Assembly: GCF_006345805.1 (NCBI RefSeq)
Contig: NW_021835531.1
Span: 1 to 39,668 of the forward strand
Reading direction: 5' to 3'
Length of the DNA: 39,668 nucleotides
DNA from: Octopus sinensis
Taxonomy: Eukaryota
This document shows positions 36,501 through 39,668 of the stretch, piece by piece. The translations under genes and the position numbers were made by a program. The notes below the pieces were generated by a model, which was not told the origin of the DNA, did not search any database, and worked only from the letters and a program-made list of their open reading frames with translations. Each line of letters opens with the position of its first letter. Position 1 is the first letter of the stretch.

Positions 36501-39500
36501 CACTATGTACGGGTGGGGTATTTGACTGGCCTTTTAATGCAACGAAAACTGGAAAGACTGGAATTCTTCGTGAACTGGACTTCTGGGGGGTACTGTCTGT
36601 GTACTCGACTTTACTTACTTAAGAGAAGATGAAAAGAGGACTTCGGTGTGGTGTTACTGGTACTTGGTACGACGTACACAAATCCATGAAAATAGCATCG
36701 GGACTGGGGGAAGATTGGGTATGGAGGGGTACTCTTCATCGACCTTGGAAAGCGAGTGCTTGGGTGTGGTGGGACTGGACTCTACTCGGTTATCTCGCTG
36801 GAAAGATGAATGGGGTGACTTCGGTTGTGTATGGTGATTGCTGGACTTTACTTTCAACACGGTGAAAGGTGAAAATGGTGACTTGGTGTGGTGGGGCTTT
36901 GGGCTGGGACGGAATTTGGTGACTTGGCGTGTTGTGATAAGAGATAGGAACAGAGACCCGGTGACGACGGTTGTGGTGGGTATTTTGACTGGTGGGTGAC
37001 TTTACGACTGGGTGGAAGATGATGGTGACTTGTCGGGTCTGTGGTGTGGTATTTTGACTCGCTCCCCACTTATGACACCTGGGAGGTAAAAGCGTCCGGT
37101 GGGGGGTGGAGGACTGGACAAAGTACTGTGACCCCCTAGGTTAAAGGGAACTGTCGACGTTGTTCTGGTATTGTGAGGGTGACTTCGGTCTATTGGGTAT
37201 TTGACAAGATGCAGACTTTGCGTTACGAGAGAGACTAAACGCACTTCGTTTGGGTGGGTATTTGACTGGTACGTTACTTCATCCGAAAGGGATGAAAAGG
37301 TGACTTCGGTGTTGTGGTGGGGATTTGACTGACTTTACTTTGACTTGTGAAACTCATGAAAGGTTCCGGTTGTGGTGGGTAATTGACTACTACTTTCGCG
37401 ACCCTGGAAAGATGAAAGGTGACTTGGGTTGTGGTGGGGATTTGACTGGTACTTTACTTTATCGACCCTGGAAAGATGAAAAGGTGACTTCGGTTGGGTT
37501 GGGTATTTGACTGGTACTTTACTTTTATCGACCCCTGGAAAGATGAAAAGGTGACTTCGGTTGTGGTGGGTATTTGACTGGTACTTTACTTTATCGACCC
37601 TGGAAGATGAAAAGGTGACTTCGGTTGTGTGGGTATTTGACTGGTACTTTACTTTATCGACCCTGGAAAGATGAAAAGGTGACTTCGGTTGTGGTGGGTA
37701 TTTGACTGGTACTTTACTTTATCGACCCTGGAAAGATGAAAAGGTGACTTCGGTGTGGTGGGTATTTGACTGGTACTTTACTTTATCGACCCTGAAAGAT
37801 ATGAAAAGTGACTTCGGTTGTGGTGGTATTTGACTGGTACTTTACTTTCATCGACCCTGGAAAGATGAAAAGGTGACTTCGGTTGTGTGGGTATTGTCAC
37901 TGGTACTTTACTTTATCGACCCTGGAAAGATGAAAGGTGACTGTACTGTGTTGTGGTGGGTATTTGACTGGTTATTTATTTATCGACCCTGGAAAGATGA
38001 AAAGGTGACTTCGGTTGTGGTGGGTATTTGACTGGTACTTTACTTTTATCGACCCTGGAAGATGAAAGGTGACTTCGGTTGTGGTGGTAATTTGACTGGT
38101 ACTTTATTTTATCGAACCCTGGAAGAGATGAAAAGGTGACTTCGGTTGTGGTGGGTATTTGACTGGTACTTTTTTTAATCGACCCTGGAAATGAAAAAGG
38201 TGACTTCGGTTGTGGTGGGTATTTGACTGGTACTTTACTTTATATCGACCTGGAAAGATGAAAAGTGACTTCCCGTTGTGGTGGGTATTTGACTGGTACT
38301 TTACTTTATCGACCCTGGAAGATGAACAGGTGACTTCGGTTGTGGTGGATTTGACTGGTACTTTACTTAATCGACCCTGAAAGATGAAAGGTGACTTCGG
38401 TTGTGGTGGTGTATTTGACTGGTACTTTACTTTCTCGACCCTGAAAGATGAAAAGGTACTTCGGTTGTGGTGGCTATTTGACTGGTACTTTACTTCATCG
38501 ACCCTGGAAAGATGAAAAGGTGACTTCGGTTGTGGTGGGTTATTTGACTGTACTTTACTTTATCGACCCTGGAAAGATGAAAATGACTTCGGTTGTGGTG
38601 GGTATTTGGACTGTACTTTACTTCATCGACCCTGGAAAGATGAAAGTGACTTCGGTGTGGTGGGTATTTGACTGGTACTTTACTTCATCGACCCTGGAAA
38701 ATGAAAAGGTGACTTCGGTTGTGGTGGGTATTTGACTGGTACTTTATACTTCATCGACCCGGAAAGAGAAAGAGTGACTTCTGGTTTGTGGTGGGTATTT
38801 GACTGGTACTTTACTTTATCGACCCCTGGAAGATGAAAAGGTGACTTCGGTTGTGGTGGTAATTTGACTGGTACTTTACTTTATCGACCCTGGAAAGATG
38901 AAAGGTGACTTCGGTTGTGGTGGGCTATTTGACTGGTACTTTACTTATCGACACCTGGAAAGATGAAAAGGTGACTTCGGTTTGTGGTGGGTATTGACTG
39001 GTACTTTACTTTATCGACCCTGGAAAGATGAAAGGTGACTTCGGTTGTGGTGGGTATTTGACTGTTACTTTATTTATCGACCCTGAAAGATGAAAAGGTG
39101 ACTTCGGTTGTGGTGGGTATTTGACTGGTACTTTACTTTATCGACATGAAAGATGAAAAAGTGACTTCGGTTGTGGTGGGTATTTGATTGGTACGTTATT
39201 TTATCGACCCTGGAAAGATGAAAAGGTGACTTCGGTTGTGGTGGGTATTTGACTGGTACTTTACTTCATCGACCCTGAAAAGATGAAAAGGTGACTTCGG
39301 TTGTGGTGGGTATTTGACTGGTACTTTACTTTATCGACCCTGGAAAGATGAAAAGGTGACTTCGGTTGTGGTGGGTATTTGACTGGTACTTTACTTTATC
39401 GACCCTGAAAGATGAAAAGTGACTTCGGTTGTGGTGGGTATTTGACTGGTACTTTACTTTATCGACCCTGAAAGATGAAAAGGTGACTTCGGTTGTGGTG

Positions 39501-39668
39501 GGTATTTGACTGGTACTTTACTTTATCGACCCTGAAAGATGAAAGGTGACTTCGGTGTGGTGGGTGGTTATGATTGACTGGTACTTTATTTTTATTTATC
39601 GACCCTGGAAGATGAAAAGGTGACTTCGGTTGTGGTGGGTATTTGACTGGTACTTTACTTTATCGACC
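27507..39668. repeat. 65-bp tandem satellite, ~187 monomers, running off the window end
   Basis: Consensus ctggtactttactttatcgaccctggaaagatgaaaaggtgacttcggttgtggtgggtatttga. Period of 65 read directly (tatttgactg at 32401 and 32466). Confidence 0.98.

Noticed and set aside
27507-39668. CRISPR array, or a ribozyme within each satellite monomer
   Set aside because: No unique spacers (contiguous 65-bp units), eukaryotic context and no cas genes. Neither strand of the monomer has CUGANGA/GAAA, twister, pistol or HDV cores.

Overview
AT-rich animal genomic DNA with no recognisable intact host gene, rRNA, tRNA or CRISPR array. The tRNA-derived SINE families and very dense (TA)n/(CATA)n/(AAT)n microsatellites look like octopus; this taxon call is an inference from memory of those repeats. 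Bases 1-27.5 kb are a mosaic of SINEs, mariner/Tc1 relics, an R4/Dong-clade LINE fragment, a 430-bp MITE with an 8-bp TSD, Helitron-like non-autonomous elements and a ~555-bp element nested in (AAT)n tracts. Bases 27.5-39.7 kb are a ~12-kb array of a 65-bp satellite whose monomer aligns to the post-B-box core of a SINE family also dispersed in this window. The most notable signal is a cluster of minimal type I hammerhead-ribozyme motifs of the Penelope-like-element kind between 20.8 and 27.5 kb. Two lie in a ~197-bp (TA)n-flanked element, one degenerate motif sits 14 bp before the satellite, and two more degenerate motifs form an inverted pair. Nearly all listed ORFs are microsatellite or repeat artefacts. 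All alignments and folds were done by eye, and repeat boundaries are approximate unless a TSD or TIR is given.
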